Shown here: positions 12,866 through 25,882 of the stretch, piece by piece | Position numbering within the stretch: the stretch's first letter is position 1 | Layout: the number at the start of each line of letters is the position of its first letter | Source: Dicyema japonicum | Lineage: Eukaryota; Animalia; Dicyemida | Length of the DNA: 64,000 nt | Reading direction: 5' to 3' | Assembly: GCA_011109175.1 (NCBI GenBank) | Contig: RDEW01000007.1 | Location: forward strand, 371,712-435,711 | The notes under the pieces: generated by a model | Told to the model about the DNA's origin: nothing | The model's input: the letters and a program-made list of their open reading frames with translations, nothing else | Databases searched by the model: none | Program-made: the position numbers and the translations under genes

Positions 12866-12867
12866 TT

Positions 12868-15215
12868 TTATTCTGTCCTAAATTCAAGTTCCTGTAAAAG
12901 GTCCTTAATAGAGATAGTTTCGTTCTTCATAAAGACTTTTGGTTCGATACAGAGCTGTCTCTTGTAGGTGGTAAACAGTGTGACAAAAGACTTTGCTGCT
13001 GATTTGTCAGGTCTCCGCTTCGAGAGCCATAGTTCCAAGTTATCGAGCATTTGTTGAGCCAACTGAGTCGCTGATTGAATGTTTCTGTCCTTGGAGGCAA
13101 GAATGATATCGTCGGCATATGAGAGGATTAGACAGTTTTCATTACAGGTTTGTGGCATGTCGTTTATGTAGAGATTGAAGAGTAGGGGTGATAGTGGTGA
13201 GCCTTGAGGGACTCCATTTGGGAAATAGCGAGATCTTGATTTGATGTTGTTGCAGAGCACTTGTACTCGTCTTCCATTTAGGAAGTTTCCAAGCCAAAGT
13301 TTCAGAATGGATGTTGGTTTCATATATTTTCTTTGTTAGAAGTTTCCTAGGGACTGAGTCGAACGCTTTTGTGATGTCCACGGATATAAGTACTGTCCTC
13401 TGATGGGGTTTGGGGAGTTAAATCCTTCCGCAATGAATTGTGTGAGGGTTGTAAGGTGTGTTGTCGTCGAATGGTTGTCCCGGAATCCGTGCTGGGTCGG
13501 AGGTATTGAGATTGAGTCTTGTATTTTTTCCAAAACAAGCCTTTCAAGGATCCTTGAGACCGGACTTAGAATAGATATTGGGCGATAGGAAGATGGTTCA
13601 TCTATTGGTTTGTTGCGTTTTCGGATAGGTCTGATTAGAGACTTCTTCCATATTTCAGGGATTGTGTTTGTGTTAATGGAGAGGTTGAATATATAGGCTA
13701 ATAGTTCCAGGGCTCGATGGCCTAGGTGCTTCAGTTCACATGTGGTTATGTTGTCTGGTCCTTTGGCCTCTGAGTTGTTGGCCTTAGATATGGCTCTGCG
13801 AACATCCTGACTAGTAAATAGGATCCAGTTATCGGAGCGTTTCGGTTCAATCTTTTTCAGGAATACTTGGTGTTCTTTTGAAAACTTCCTGTAGGATATA
13901 GATGTGTAATATTTTATCAGAGTGTCTGGTTTTATGTAGACTTCGACTTTTCTCTCTGGGGAGGTCTTTTGATGTTTTTGATCCACTTCCACACTCTTAG
14001 CATTGGGGGGTTTTTGTAGAGAGCTTTCGATAGTCTCGTCCATCTATTTGCATTTTCTGTCTTTATGTTGTTGTCGATCTCTCTGTTCAATTCTCGTATT
14101 TTCCTGATGTTCTCTTCTGTTGGCGATTTTACCATCTTTAGATTGTTTCGTTCTCCGATCAGATGTTTCGTCGTTGTGTTAAAACGTTTTGATGACGTTG
14201 GTTGTCTCCCCATAGGAATGTACTTCTTTTTCGCATCGTTTATTATGGAGTTGAACCATTTCACTAATTGTTCGACGGAGGGAAAAGTGGGGAAATTTAA
14301 TAGTCCAATACAATTATCGACGTATTCCTTGAATCCTTTCCAATTTGCAAGGCTGTAGTTAGTTATTGTTGGGCATTGTCCTTTTATCCGTGACCTTGTT
14401 TTGACCTCCAAAAATATTGGGTTGTGGTCACTACTGGTGTCATACTTCACTGACCAGTCAATAAGTGGGGCCAAGGACGGTGATGACAATGAGATGTCGA
14501 TAGAAGAAGGTTTATCATTACGTCGAGTAGGTGTTCTTGTATGAGATGCAGGATCGTTGAGTATACATAGGCTGTGGAGGTCCTCAATTATCATCTTCCC
14601 TCTTTTGTCGTAGGTTTGTCCTGTCAGCCACAGTGGGTGCTTCGCATTGAAGTCACCACAGATAATCACATCCTTTAGTGACGCGAGAGGAGTGAGTCTG
14701 GGGGCACTGGACGAGCAGGAACTCAGTGGTGGGAGATATGCGTTGACAATTGTTATTGATAGTCTTGGGAATCGTATTTTGGTAACCAAAAGTTCGAGAT
14801 TTCCATATCCTTTAAGCATAGTGTAAGCACTGTTGGTTATGTCCTCAAACGGAATGCCGTTGCGAATAACTGTGAGAAGACCCCCACCAAGTTTGCCAAT
14901 TCTGTCACGGCGAATTACTGTGAATCCCGGAAATACTGGTGTTGAATTCTTTGGAGAAACTTTAGATTCTTGAATTAGCAACAGATCAATGTGATTTTCT
15001 TTCACAAATGTCCGAAGTTCGAGTATTTTGTTCTTGATTCCATTTATGTTCAGTTGGACTATTCTGGCTGGTCCAGGGTTTGCCTCAACGTCTCCGCAGC
15101 GGCGCAGGCCTTCCTTATTGGTCCACCCGTGAAGATAGGGGAAAGTGTGGTTCTTTTTTTTCAAATTCCACCACGTCGTCGGCGAGCCACATGACATTTC
15201 GCACAATATATAATG
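12868..15215 (-). mobile_element. I/Ingi-like LINE: 2A peptide + AP endonuclease + RT (frameshifted, 3' part replaced)
   Basis: ORF 13932-15206 with QLNINGI, LIQESK, GGGLL, GDFNAKH, SSIDISL, SDHNPI; ORFs 13336-14043 and 12868-13323 with YRPISILS, HGFR, GVPQGSPLSP, YADD. Confidence 0.92.
15069..15095 (-). other. 2A-like StopGo ribosomal-skipping motif GDVEANPGP
   Basis: In-frame GLRRCGDVEANPG-P immediately before the endonuclease domain; fits D(V/I)ExNPGP. Confidence 0.85.
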
Positions 15216-15559
15216 TGCTTTATAATAATAATAATAAACAGTTCAGAAAATATAACAACTAAATTAAAATTAATTTAAAAATATTAATTAAAATTTAAAA
15301 ATAAATTTTAAAAATAAATAAATCTTAGTTTATTAAATTTTACAAGCTGACTGAGTGGATACCATGTTGGAACTGACTCAATGATTGAGAAATTTCCTGT
15401 GTGGGAGGGTGGTTACAACTAACTAATTCTTTTCTGATAAAATTAATTTTTCTTTAAATCCAAGTATGTTCAACAATATCAGATCACAACCTACATGCTG
15501 GTCTATTTATCCTTTAAATATCATCAGAATAACAAGGCCGTTTGTTGTGGTTACCTTTG

Positions 15560-15770
15560 ATGGGGTCTCAATTTGATCTGAAAAAAACATAAGAGAAATG
15601 TCAGGACGATAACTCATCTTCTAAGAGGTGAAGAAAAGAAGTTCCTTAAGCAGACCTTAAAACATCCGATATACGATGTCTCTAGACCCGCCACAGAGAA
15701 CGGTTTAAGGTGGCCTTCCCTGCCAATTTCGATATCTTCCTTGTCAGTATGGGATCACTTAGTTAGCTGG
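15560..15770 (+). mobile_element. I-like LINE 3' end fragment
   Basis: TTGTCAGTATGGGATCACTTAGTTAG, the same 3' motif as at 1877-1902. Confidence 0.6.
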
Positions 15771-16409
15771 GATATTCTGCTTCCATTTAACTCACTAATT
15801 TATTTATGACATTACTGAAACTTTTGGCTTTCCCACTTATTTAAATTTATTCCGGTTTCATCCTTTATCATCGGTAAAAATAATCCGCAGATTCATAAGG
15901 ATTTGCCGCATTTTTTGGACTTGGGCAATGAAAAAGTCCATAAAGTCTTTTTGGGAGATACACTTATAACTAGGAGTGATAAAGTTAATAAAGTTAAATA
16001 AAACATAACAAATTCTGTTTTTCATTATCTTTAAACGTTTTCCCTTTATATTTTAAAAAATTATAAAGTTAAAATCGAATGTCATCGGCATCCTCGTTTA
16101 GAGGTTGATCTGGAAGACATTGTCATTAATTACAGTAGTACAATTCATCCATCAGCAAAAAAGTATTTTTCTATATTTTTATGTGTGGAGGGTAATGGAG
16201 AATACGGAGCTGAACAACCAAAGAATATCGAGGCGAGAAACTAATAATAGCGAGAAACACAGCATTCGAAAACCTGGTGATTGCAGCTGAGATGATTTTT
16301 GGAAATTTGACGTCTCGTCATGATGACAAAGATAGTGATTTAAGATTGCGTAAAAATACTAATTTTTAGACAAGAAAATGGTTTATTATTAATACAGCGT
16401 AGTTTAGAG

Positions 16410-18110
16410 AGATGACAGTACGACAGCATCCGGCATGTTGAAAACAGAGTAAGAGTAGCGAGAGTAGCGGAGAGTCGCCCTGAAGGATCCCTCTCTTGAG
16501 TTTTACCTCGCCTATCCGGTGCCTATTATAGTTCAGATGAATACTCCACCTATTCATCACAGCCACTACAAAGCTGATGAACCACAAAGGCATACACAGA
16601 CTGTGTAGGCACTCGACAAGGTAAGAATGATCAACTGAATCGTAAGCCTTCTTCACATCCACCCACATGGACAAAAGTGAGTTTCCGTGAGACACAGAAA
16701 AGCACTTGTTGATCAAAGCCTGCTCTTTTGCCCCCTGACAATTTCGCACAGTACCCAACTGATTCTCGGAGAGAATCCCATTTGCTTCTACAAAGCTCCT
16801 GACCTCATTAGCCACCAATTTGGTCATCAGTTTATACAGGGTTGGCATGCAGGTTATCGGTCGATGATCTGCAGCAGACTGAGGGTTGTCCAGCTTTGGG
16901 ATCAAATAAGTTGTCCCGGTGCAGGTTCAATCAGGAATCGCTTCCAGGTTAGTGATGCTTTTCTGTAATACACGACACATAGACTCGTGCAATGAAGTGC
17001 ATCTTTTGATAAAGAAATTATAAACTTTATCGACCCCGGTCGTTTTCCAATCAGGGAGATGTCTCACTACCGCCTCAAATTTCTTGCGAAAATCGAAAAT
17101 TCCGCCAAGAAAGGTGCGGCGCTGTACGGGATATTCCACGCATTTCCTCTTCGTGGTTTAGCCTCCCACATACTACCCCATGTGGAAAGCATTTCCGCGT
17201 CCTGCTGGGAACATACACTATGGCCATTTTCGTGTAGGCGACGGTAAAACAATCTGCGATTAAACTCAAACAGATTATTTTCTCTCCTTCTCTTACACCG
17301 ACTTTCATGTGTATAGAGTTTCCTCTTATACACCATTATTGTCCCCTCTAACTCCACCTTTGCCCTCCTCAACTCTTTGAGGTCCCATTTGGGAACACGG
17401 AGTTTACTAATTAGCCCCTTACTATAGCCGGTGCTTTTCCTCTAACCCCTCTCGCTACACTACTTATGTGCCCCTCCAGTGCTTCCAGCTCAGTCTGTAT
17501 CCAAGCAATCTTGGCACAGATCTGCTCCCTCTATTTACTGGGTGGTCTGGGCTTGTCCGTCAATTCCTCATAGGTAATCTGTGATGCATACAGCACTAGG
17601 GAGATGTCACCCAATGACCCTACTGGCTTAGCCTCCACCGCATAAGCCACAGCCTTATTGATGCAGGTTAACACTACATCGTTAACCTTACAATGAGGAA
17701 TCTTGCGGGTAAATCTACGGTCCTCAAGTAAAACATCTTCCGCTGCAGCGAGATTCCGCGCGAAGACCTCATAAACATGCTTGAGCTGCAACGTATCACA
17801 GCTCTGGTGCTCGTGCTCTCTTTGACAGTTGTGGTCATCAGGTCCCCGCCCCTTTAGACCAGTACCCTCTTTGCCTACAGCCATCTTCTTGAGTTCACTC
17901 ACAGATATAGCAGTGCTGAATCTGCCACTGCAGAGCACCGCCAAGTATGGCCAACCATTCCAGGGCATTCGAGATAGCCTGCTACGTACCTGCAGGACTA
18001 CCTGCCTCGCCCATTCTTTTGGGTCATCTGCCACAACGCTCTCGGATATGGCAAGAATCACATTCATACCATCAGGTAACGCAAGTGACCCTTCTCCTTT
18101 TTTCCTTTCA
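16410..18110 (-). mobile_element. R4/Dong-like non-LTR retrotransposon (N-terminal region plus RT, truncated at QGDS)
   Basis: KRRRENNLFEFNRRLFY; HRPITCMPTLYKLMT; ENQLG; DVKKAYDSV; RGILQGDS. Confidence 0.8.
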
Positions 18111-18254
18111 ACATTTTTGCCAACTCGAGAGTTTTAACGCCACCGAATCGAAAGCACGTTGCATGTTTTTTAAATTGACTATTATTAGGAATGATAAAAT
18201 TAATAAAGTTTTAAACGTTCTCCCTTATATTTAAATAAATTATTAAAATTATTA

Positions 18255-18975
18255 TTATATTCCTCATCTCGTTCAGGTCGTCCCCACTTCTTAGACGTTT
18301 GTTCACGAGCTTTAGATCTCCGTCATGTGTGTCAGGTAGTGTAATATGTCAGCGTCCACGAAAACACGGTCCCTGTCTCGTGAAGTAATCCTCTATTGCT
18401 ATTTTTGCTGGAGCGCCCAAGTCTATACGCAAGATACGTCCAAATAGTCTCCAGCGCATATCAGCAATTTCGAGACTCAGTTGATTTGTGCAACATCTCT
18501 TGTACAGCGATTCCTTGTTTATTCTTGTGGCCAGTTCAGTCCTAGTAGGGATCTGGGTTGTCTTCGATGGAAAGAGTCTAGTCCAAGTTGTTTGGTTTTG
18601 GATGTTCCCCAGGTCGATGAATTGTACATTAGGATCGGCTTGACAAAGGCTTTATACAGTCTCAAACGATGTGATGTGCAGGATCGTCGTTTGCCAATCC
18701 ACTCTTTCTTCAACTTGTTCATCGTTCATTCTGGCAATATCTTGACTGTTTCCAAGTAAAGAGTCAAGTTTGTTTATTTTTCGCCATGTTTCATTTGATC
18801 TGCTTTCAATCTTCTGATTTCCACAATGTCAGTTTTTGAGGTGTTCATTTTAAGGAACCATCGGTTCAGCTCAGCAAGCGCCACCTCGAGGAATTGAAGT
18901 AGGTCCGATTTGTCTTCTGACAAAAAGTCGACGTCGTCCGCATAGGCAATTTCGACGATGTTGCCATCATAGAAC
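18255..18975 (-). mobile_element. RTE-clade 3' fragment
   Basis: IAYADDVDFL; RLRLYKAFVKPILMYNSSTW; DSFHRRQ. Confidence 0.8.
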
Positions 18976-19129
18976 TTCGAATAATTAAAAAATTATAAAG
19001 TTAAAAAAATAAATCGTATGGTTTAAATTTTTTTAACTTTACTTTTTTTAATAATTTCAACAAATTATTATTTTACTATTAAATAAATATTAAACAGCAT
19101 TTAATTTACACGTTTGTTAGTATGCCACA

Positions 19130-19520
19130 TAAGTCTTCTCTGACTAAAGCAACATTAATTGTTAACGAATTTTCAAGAGAAGTTCAAGTACATAATTAAC
19201 CATGAGTTATTTTGTAAACTATGCTTAACGACAGTTTGCTACCCTTCACAGGTCGTCCAAGAAACATTAAATTTCAACGGAAATTTAATGTTTCACGGAA
19301 TTGAGTTATTACAATCGCTCCCTCAAAGTGCCAATTTGAATCCAATTGAGCACGTGTGGACCTTCATGAAAACAAAAAATAAGGGGAACCGAATTAAAAA
19401 AAAAAGACCTATTCAAAGAATTGAAAAAGATTTGGAACAATCTCTCGGAAAAATATGCGAAATCGCTTGTTGGAGTTTTAGAAGTAATAAATGCTCAAGG
19501 GGGTCATTCTAAATTTTGAA
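19130..19520 (+). mobile_element. Tc1-like transposase fragment
   Basis: LPQSANLNPIEHVW resembles WPPQSPDLNPIEHLW. Confidence 0.7.
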
Positions 19521-19739
19521 CTATTTTTGTTCTCTTATTTTGTTTGAAAAAATTGGGTTTAAATACTTATAAAACCTTTGACGTTTAGATTTTCGTAAAA
19601 GACAAAAGTTAAGCTTATATTTTAAAATTCAAATTTTTATTAAAAAATTAATCATTATTTAGAAAAAAAGTGAGAAATTGGTTGTTCGTTTTTTATTTGT
19701 ATCGCTTTAATTTGAAAGTAACGAGTGTATATAAAGTAC

Positions 19740-20190
19740 GTTTAGTGCAATAGATTCGGGAAAGATGAGACAGGTCAAACAATATTTAAAGAAAAGAATT
19801 TTGGATAGCGACCTAACTAAAATTATTAATATGGAATGGAAAAATGTCTCTCCTGAAGATTATTCATTCCTTCTAAATTGTCAGCCATCTTCGGCATCTG
19901 TCGAAAGATGTTTTTCGCATTTCAAAAGTTTTTTTAGGACAAACAAAAACTTTTGTACATGATATCTTAAAACTACGTAATGTCTATTTTCAATAAATAG
20001 TCTTTAAAACAACATTTGTCTTTTATTGTTTCGTATCTATATTTTACTGTTTAAATTGAGAATAAATAGTTTTTTTTAATTTTAAGGTTAAAAAGTTTGG
20101 TTTAATGATGTCTAATGATGTCTGCAAGATCTTAATGATGTCTGCATTATTTGGCTAAACAAAAATCATATTGTCTACGTTTGCACTGCA
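19740..20190 (+). mobile_element. hAT transposon 3' fragment (dimerisation region and terminus)
   Basis: CQPSSASVERCFSHFK; subterminal TAATGATGTCT x3; ends GTTTGCACTG. Confidence 0.55.
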
Positions 20191-22519
20191 AGGTGGTTCG
20201 TTATCTCCCCCTCAATGATCAATAAAATTAATTTTGTTTTTCGGGAAGGTTTTCTATTCGAAATACATTTCCTCCCTTCTGTTAATGCGGATTCCTTCTG
20301 CATAAAGCAGAACAACAGTCAACAGCAAACAAAACAGAAAATGGCAGTAAAAAGTCAACTATCGACTAATAAGATGATCAATCTCAGTTTATTAGTTGAT
20401 CCCTGAATTGTAGTTTGTGACCACATGTCTGAACCAATTTCTATATCACTCCTGAAGAATAGATGAGATAAATTTTGACCACAATCAACAGACTACTTTC
20501 TAAACTTCTTGAAATGCCTTATTTGAAGTTAAATTTTTAATCTATTCAGGCTGAGTATTCCATGCATGCCTACTGGCTTGACAGGTGATGCCGTCATCAA
20601 TGGTACCTCACTGGATTGTCCACAAGAACTCGCACAAAACCAAAAAAGAAAATAGGTTAATAACGATCCTGATGCCTTGGCTCCTTCCTACGATCGATGA
20701 ACATTACTTTTCTTTCTCTATTAGAGTGCGTGTACTACAATTGTGGGATTTTAGTGGTGGAAACATTACACTCCGGTAGAAATTGTAGGCGTCTCCATCG
20801 GCCCCTGTTGTTTGCATCTGTTCGTAGGTCTTCTATGTTGACCCACATATAGGTTTTCTATCAATCCCATTAAGATCCTTATTTAGAGCCACAAAAAGTG
20901 ACTCTTATTTTTGAAAATAACCTTGATGTTTGAATTTAATTTTTTGTTAAATTGATTTATTACAATAAAAGAATTTAATTTAATTGACTACAATTATAAC
21001 CAAAAAATTTATTAAACAATAACTTAAGTGCCCATTAAAATGAAAAAACAATGAGTTATATCACTAGATAATGACTATTTTTTATTATTTCCTTGTGGAA
21101 ATTCTGAATCGATTTAAATGACTAAATCTATAATACCCACAGAGACCAACAACTGGCAATGATTGTCGCTTTCTCTGTTGGTGGTGAATTTAAAATTGAC
21201 AGTCACGGGCTAGATATTAGTGTAAAAATTTTCCTAATTCAGTGTCGGGAAATCCATACACCCAAGGCGGAGAACGAGTTAAATCCAAAAGGAAAGTCGA
21301 AAAGGAATAATTAGACTAATCGTTAGACACGTGCAATTGATCTAATTACTGCTCCGAGAGAATTTATAGTCAGGGATTTTCACTAAACCTTTGATAAAGT
21401 CCCAGCATGGGAGTCTAATTTTATTTTTGAGATGGTGAAATGTATATGGCTTTATGTAATGCCGTATTATTGAGAACCACGAGGTCTCCGATAGAAAAAA
21501 AACAAAAAAGTCATGTGATCTCAGTTCTCAATTAGCAGCGCCAATTTGCGTCTGTGGTCCTTCATCATCCCCACAGGTGCACGGAACGGTTCCTTTTCAG
21601 CTTGCATAGTAAATCAATTTGTGAACAGAACTTTATGGTTGACTGGCTTTTTTTGGTTAAGCGGTTTGATTAGGAAATCGACAGAGATAGGCTAAACGGC
21701 TTTATGTATTCCATTGGGTAATAAGGAAATTGCTAGATTATATTAGACACAAAATAATAAAATCAAATAAAATTGATTCATTTTTTAAAATTATTTTATT
21801 TATTTACTTCCAGTCCCTTTAAGTGAGGGAAACATGTAGCTAATATAACGTAACTACCGATGACGGACGTTCCCAAGTTTAATGTGGGTCACCTGTTCGT
21901 GGAGAAAACTGCATTGTAGCCAACAAGCCTACACTCCCTCGTTTACATAGCAACTATTTATTAGTTAGCTTGGTAACGGCTACGAGTGCCGAGTTTACGT
22001 CCCCAGTTCCTTTATAAAATCATTTCTGTGAAGGGAAATAGATGCTCTACTTTGTGAAATTTATTAATTGGATTAATCGATAATAAAATTCAATAAATAA
22101 TGTTTGGTAACATTTTTTGGTTGATAATGACAGGATAAATAAAATGTGTTTAAACTTGTTTTTATTACTTAAATTTATTAAACTTTAATGATTTAAAATT
22201 TAATATTTAATTATTAAATGGTCGACCAAATTGGTGGGAAAAAAATAAAATAAAATACCAATTAAGAATATTGCCGCTCAGGCTATTTTGGCCTAATTAT
22301 TTCTGTATGTTACCTCATAAATATAGAGCTGCGACTTATTTACAGACTATGTAGCTATAGTATCGGGTAAACTGATTGACATTCGGACTTTAATTAAACT
22401 TATTACATTTAATTGCGTTACCAAGCATTTATAAAAGTTTGTCTGAATTGATCGAACTTAAATATTAAAACCGCAAATTCGCTATCGTTTATATTTTATT
22501 GAATTAGATTTCCCGCTAA

Positions 22520-24243
22520 ATGATTGAAACCCAGACATTTTCTAAGGATGGATTCATAGCTAGCATAAAAAATCAGTTCGATGACCTCATTGCGGATTAT
22601 GAAACTGCATGTGACAATTACAAGACAGAAAGAAAAAGCTGGGAGGACCAACTCACCCAGGCGAATCGAGAAAAGAAGCAAATGCAGTATTTATACTTTT
22701 TTATTAACAAATGAATGTTCATTTAGTCTGTATAGGGAGTTAATCAACGAATTGGAGGTCAAATGCGCTAATAATGAGAATAATCAGGATCTCCTAAACA
22801 ACAAGGAGATTGAACTTGCCAACTGTCAAAAGATGGTGGAAGGACAACTTGATTTCATCAATAAAGTCACTGAATTACAAATGGTGACTATTTTGGCCAT
22901 ATTTGTAGGCAGAGTCCGATAACTACGTAGCTAAAGTCAACAAGGAGGAAATCACATTTTTGAGGGATCAGAATGATATTTTGAGACAGGAGGAGGCCAG
23001 AATGAAGAATCAGATCAGGGTTCAGTCGAAAACTGCGGAAGACTGTTATATCAAAGTAAGATTGAGCTAATAATTTCCAGAATGTTAAGTGCAATCAAAA
23101 AATCCACGAAATGGATGCTACTAACGTGGAATACAGGAGACAGAATAAGATCATGGAGTCGACAGTCCAAGTCATTATTAATGAGATTTTGCTAGAAATA
23201 CAGCTCTGCCATTGAGGAACTGCAAAAATCTAAAATTGTCATTTACAAATTATTTCTATCGCTGTATGACAATGTGCCTGACCGTTCTTTCGAAGACATC
23301 GAGGGATACAAAAATCTCACAAAGGAGGACTGATTAACATGATTCTCAGTCTGCAGGCTGAGAACCAACTATTGAAAAAAAGGCAAAATAGTGAACAAAG
23401 CGCCAAAAATAGTTCAAACTTTTATTATATTTAGACGAAAGTGTTAAAGACTTCAACAAAGAGGCCAATTCATTTGAAAAAGACATAAGGATCATCGTGA
23501 ATGACCAAGAACCTGAGGATGACTTCTCAGCAAGGGCATACATGTGTGAAATAGAGTCCCTCAAAGTATTGTGTCTAGAAATAATTTAGACTGAGCTCAC
23601 GAGGAGTCAGGAAAACGTGGAAGGTATTTTTGATAAGACATAATTAGACTGCGAACGGGACATTTTGTATTTCACTCAACAAGTGACCGACCTGCAAGTA
23701 AGAGTCGGGTGAAACGATATAGAACGAAAAATACGAATTGGAGGCAAGATTGGCTGACTTTGAGGACTTTGAGGTATTGATGGAGGAGAATAAAAATTTG
23801 AAATCAAATTTAAATGGAAAAAGTCAGTTAAACGAGAACCTCAGGGCAGAGATCTTATCTAATCGCCAAAGCGTAGATAAGCTGATAATTCTTAGATATC
23901 ACAACTGGAAAGTAAATTAAAAACCCTCAAATCAGAAAAGGAGGAGGTTTTACAGAATTTTAACGATTTGGAAGTCAAGTACTTGTTCTGCCTGAAGGAA
24001 ATGGAACAATCACAAAATTCGACGAGTGAGTTAGAGAAGCAAAACCGCATACTTGAAGTTAAGAGTTTTTTAACTGTGTAGGCTGAAAGAAAGATGCTTT
24101 TAGAGCAATCGAATAGTTCCAAGGGTCGAGATGATGAATATGTACTTTGATTACTCATTCAAGACATATTCGTTGGAATCTGGTATCTCTGAATGGAAGC
24201 AAGAGTTCGAAGAGAAATGTTGCTTTAATAATTATGACTAGAA
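22520..24243 (+). CDS. Long coiled-coil protein of unknown family, about 12 tiny introns (start and end uncertain)
   Basis: Removing GT-AG introns (40 nt at 22687-22726, then 25,25,25,23,24,24,25,23,24,22,23 nt) joins heptad-rich exons such as LYRELINELEVK, KYELEARLADFEDFEVLMEENKNLK and ISQLESKLKTLKSEKEE; one apparent 1-nt deletion near 23330. Confidence 0.8.
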
Positions 24244-24249
24244 AATTAC

Positions 24250-24377
24250 GCTATTAGTCAGGAAAGTAACGTTATTGAACGGAAAAGTGACGTTAATGGT
24301 TGGGAAAGTGACGCTATTGAACGGAAAAATGACGTTAATGTCAGGAAAGTGACGCTATTAGTCGGGAAACCCTATAA
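24250..24377 (+). repeat. 21-nt tandem repeat (about 6 copies) reading as 7-aa units AISQESN/VIERKSD/VNGWESD
   Basis: G(C/T)TA(T/A)T.....GAAAGTGAC periodicity directly after the coiled-coil gene. Confidence 0.75.
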
Positions 24378-24476
24378 TAGTTGGGAATACTATGGGGTCA
24401 AGCATTTCTTGTTTGACCCAGATGTTTCCCTGACAATATCATCTGCAACGGAAACCATTTTCATGCTATCGCATGG

Positions 24477-24762
24477 TAACCAGAAAATTCATCTAATTAA
24501 CAATAATATCAATTTGTCTAATTAACAATTCGTCTAAATCGTCATGTCTGTCTAATAACAATTAAATCATTTTATTTAAGATATTTAAAAAAAATATTGT
24601 GAGCTATTCTTCTAAGATATTCATTTATATTGTCGAATCTAATATTTTCAACAATTCTTTTTATGCGTGAAGCACTTTCGCGAAAACACTTTTTTGACGA
24701 TTCAAAAAATTGTTAATTAGACGAATTGTTTTAGATGAATTGTTTTAGACGAATTAGCCGTT
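24477..24762. mobile_element. MITE-like element with inverted arrays of subterminal repeats
   Basis: Left AATTC(A/G)TCTAA repeats; right TTAGA(C/T)GAATT x3 in inverted orientation. Confidence 0.55.
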
Positions 24763-25069
24763 TTTGTCGGGTTGTGGCGTATTTGTCAGATATTTACATG
24801 AGTTATCACTCGGACAACCTCAATGAGAGTTATTTCTCAGTTCAGAGATAATCTTGAATAGTTTTGAACTTTGGGTTGTAAAAAATCTATTTTTGATTCG
24901 TTAATGTTGAATTGAAGGGGTATACTTTTATGAAGTGGCAGATGCACTGCAAAAAGCATGCACTTTAAATTAGATGACGTTGATAGCAGTTTATTATTAT
25001 ACGCAATGCGTGATAAAGCACGTAACAAGAGAAATCACCTAATCCCTAATCAAATTGTGTGCGACTGAA

Positions 25070-25310
25070 GTTCTTGTAAATTCCAGTTAAAAAATTGGAG
25101 ACCGCTACCGTTTTGTACCGGTAGCAATCGAGACGTCTAGTGCGGCCGGAAGTATTACAGCCTCTTTCCTAAAGGAAATCGGGGGAAAATGCCACTGCAA
25201 GAAAGACGTGCGGGAAGCGGTCTGGCTGAGGCAAAGAATTGGTATCGCAGTTGTTCGCGGAAAAGCTTACTCCGTGAATTAGCAGACATTAGGGCCGCGA
25301 CATCAATTGG
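25070..25310 (+). mobile_element. CRE-like non-LTR 3' fragment (restriction-like endonuclease C-terminus)
   Basis: DRYRFVPVAIETS..FLKEIG..WLRQRIGIAVVRGKA. Confidence 0.75.
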
Positions 25311-25479
25311 CAAATTTTAATAAAAATTGGAAAATAAAAATTTTATTAACACATGTCTTCGAATGCTTTTTGTGGACGCTATACTCGCATTATTCAAAAA
25401 ACTCAAATTGTAAAGTAAAAAAATGTTGCTATTTCGTGCCAGTAGTTAGCTGATGGATTCTTGCATTTGTATCGAAAGA

Positions 25480-25880
25480 CGATATCGAGAAAAACAATAA
25501 ATAATCTTTTACTAAAAAAGACATTATTTTGAAGATTCAAAAAATATCAACTGTAATTAAAGCTGCACATAAACCAAAGTTTTCAACGCTTGAAGAGAAG
25601 TTGGTAGAATGGATGGAAGTAGTAGAGTCTAAAGGTATTTTTCGATAAAATCAATTTTTAGGTGGTTAACTAAGGCCACATTTTTCGGAATGAGTTTCAC
25701 TCGTAATTTCAAAAATTCTAATTGATTTTTGGTTAAATTAAAAGACAGGGATTTACAATACTCAAGTTACATGGAAAAATGCGGAACATCCATAAACATT
25801 GACTCCTTTTTTGAAGACATAAATTGGCAGGAAGAACCTGAGTCTAAGCAAAACGCTACCACCTTACCATACCCATGTAT
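25480..25880 (+). mobile_element. pogo/Tigger CENP-B-type HTH fragment interrupted by the RTE insertion
   Basis: KAAHKPKFSTLEEKLVEWMEVVESKG. Confidence 0.6.
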
Positions 25881-25882
25881 AT

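Noticed and set aside
15150-15215. HDV-like ribozyme or L1Tc Pr77-type leader at the 5' end of the 2A LINE (TGGCTCGCCG..ACGTGGTG looks reminiscent)
   Set aside because: Could not build P1/P3/P4 nested pairing by hand; a structure-descriptor search on the family consensus would be needed
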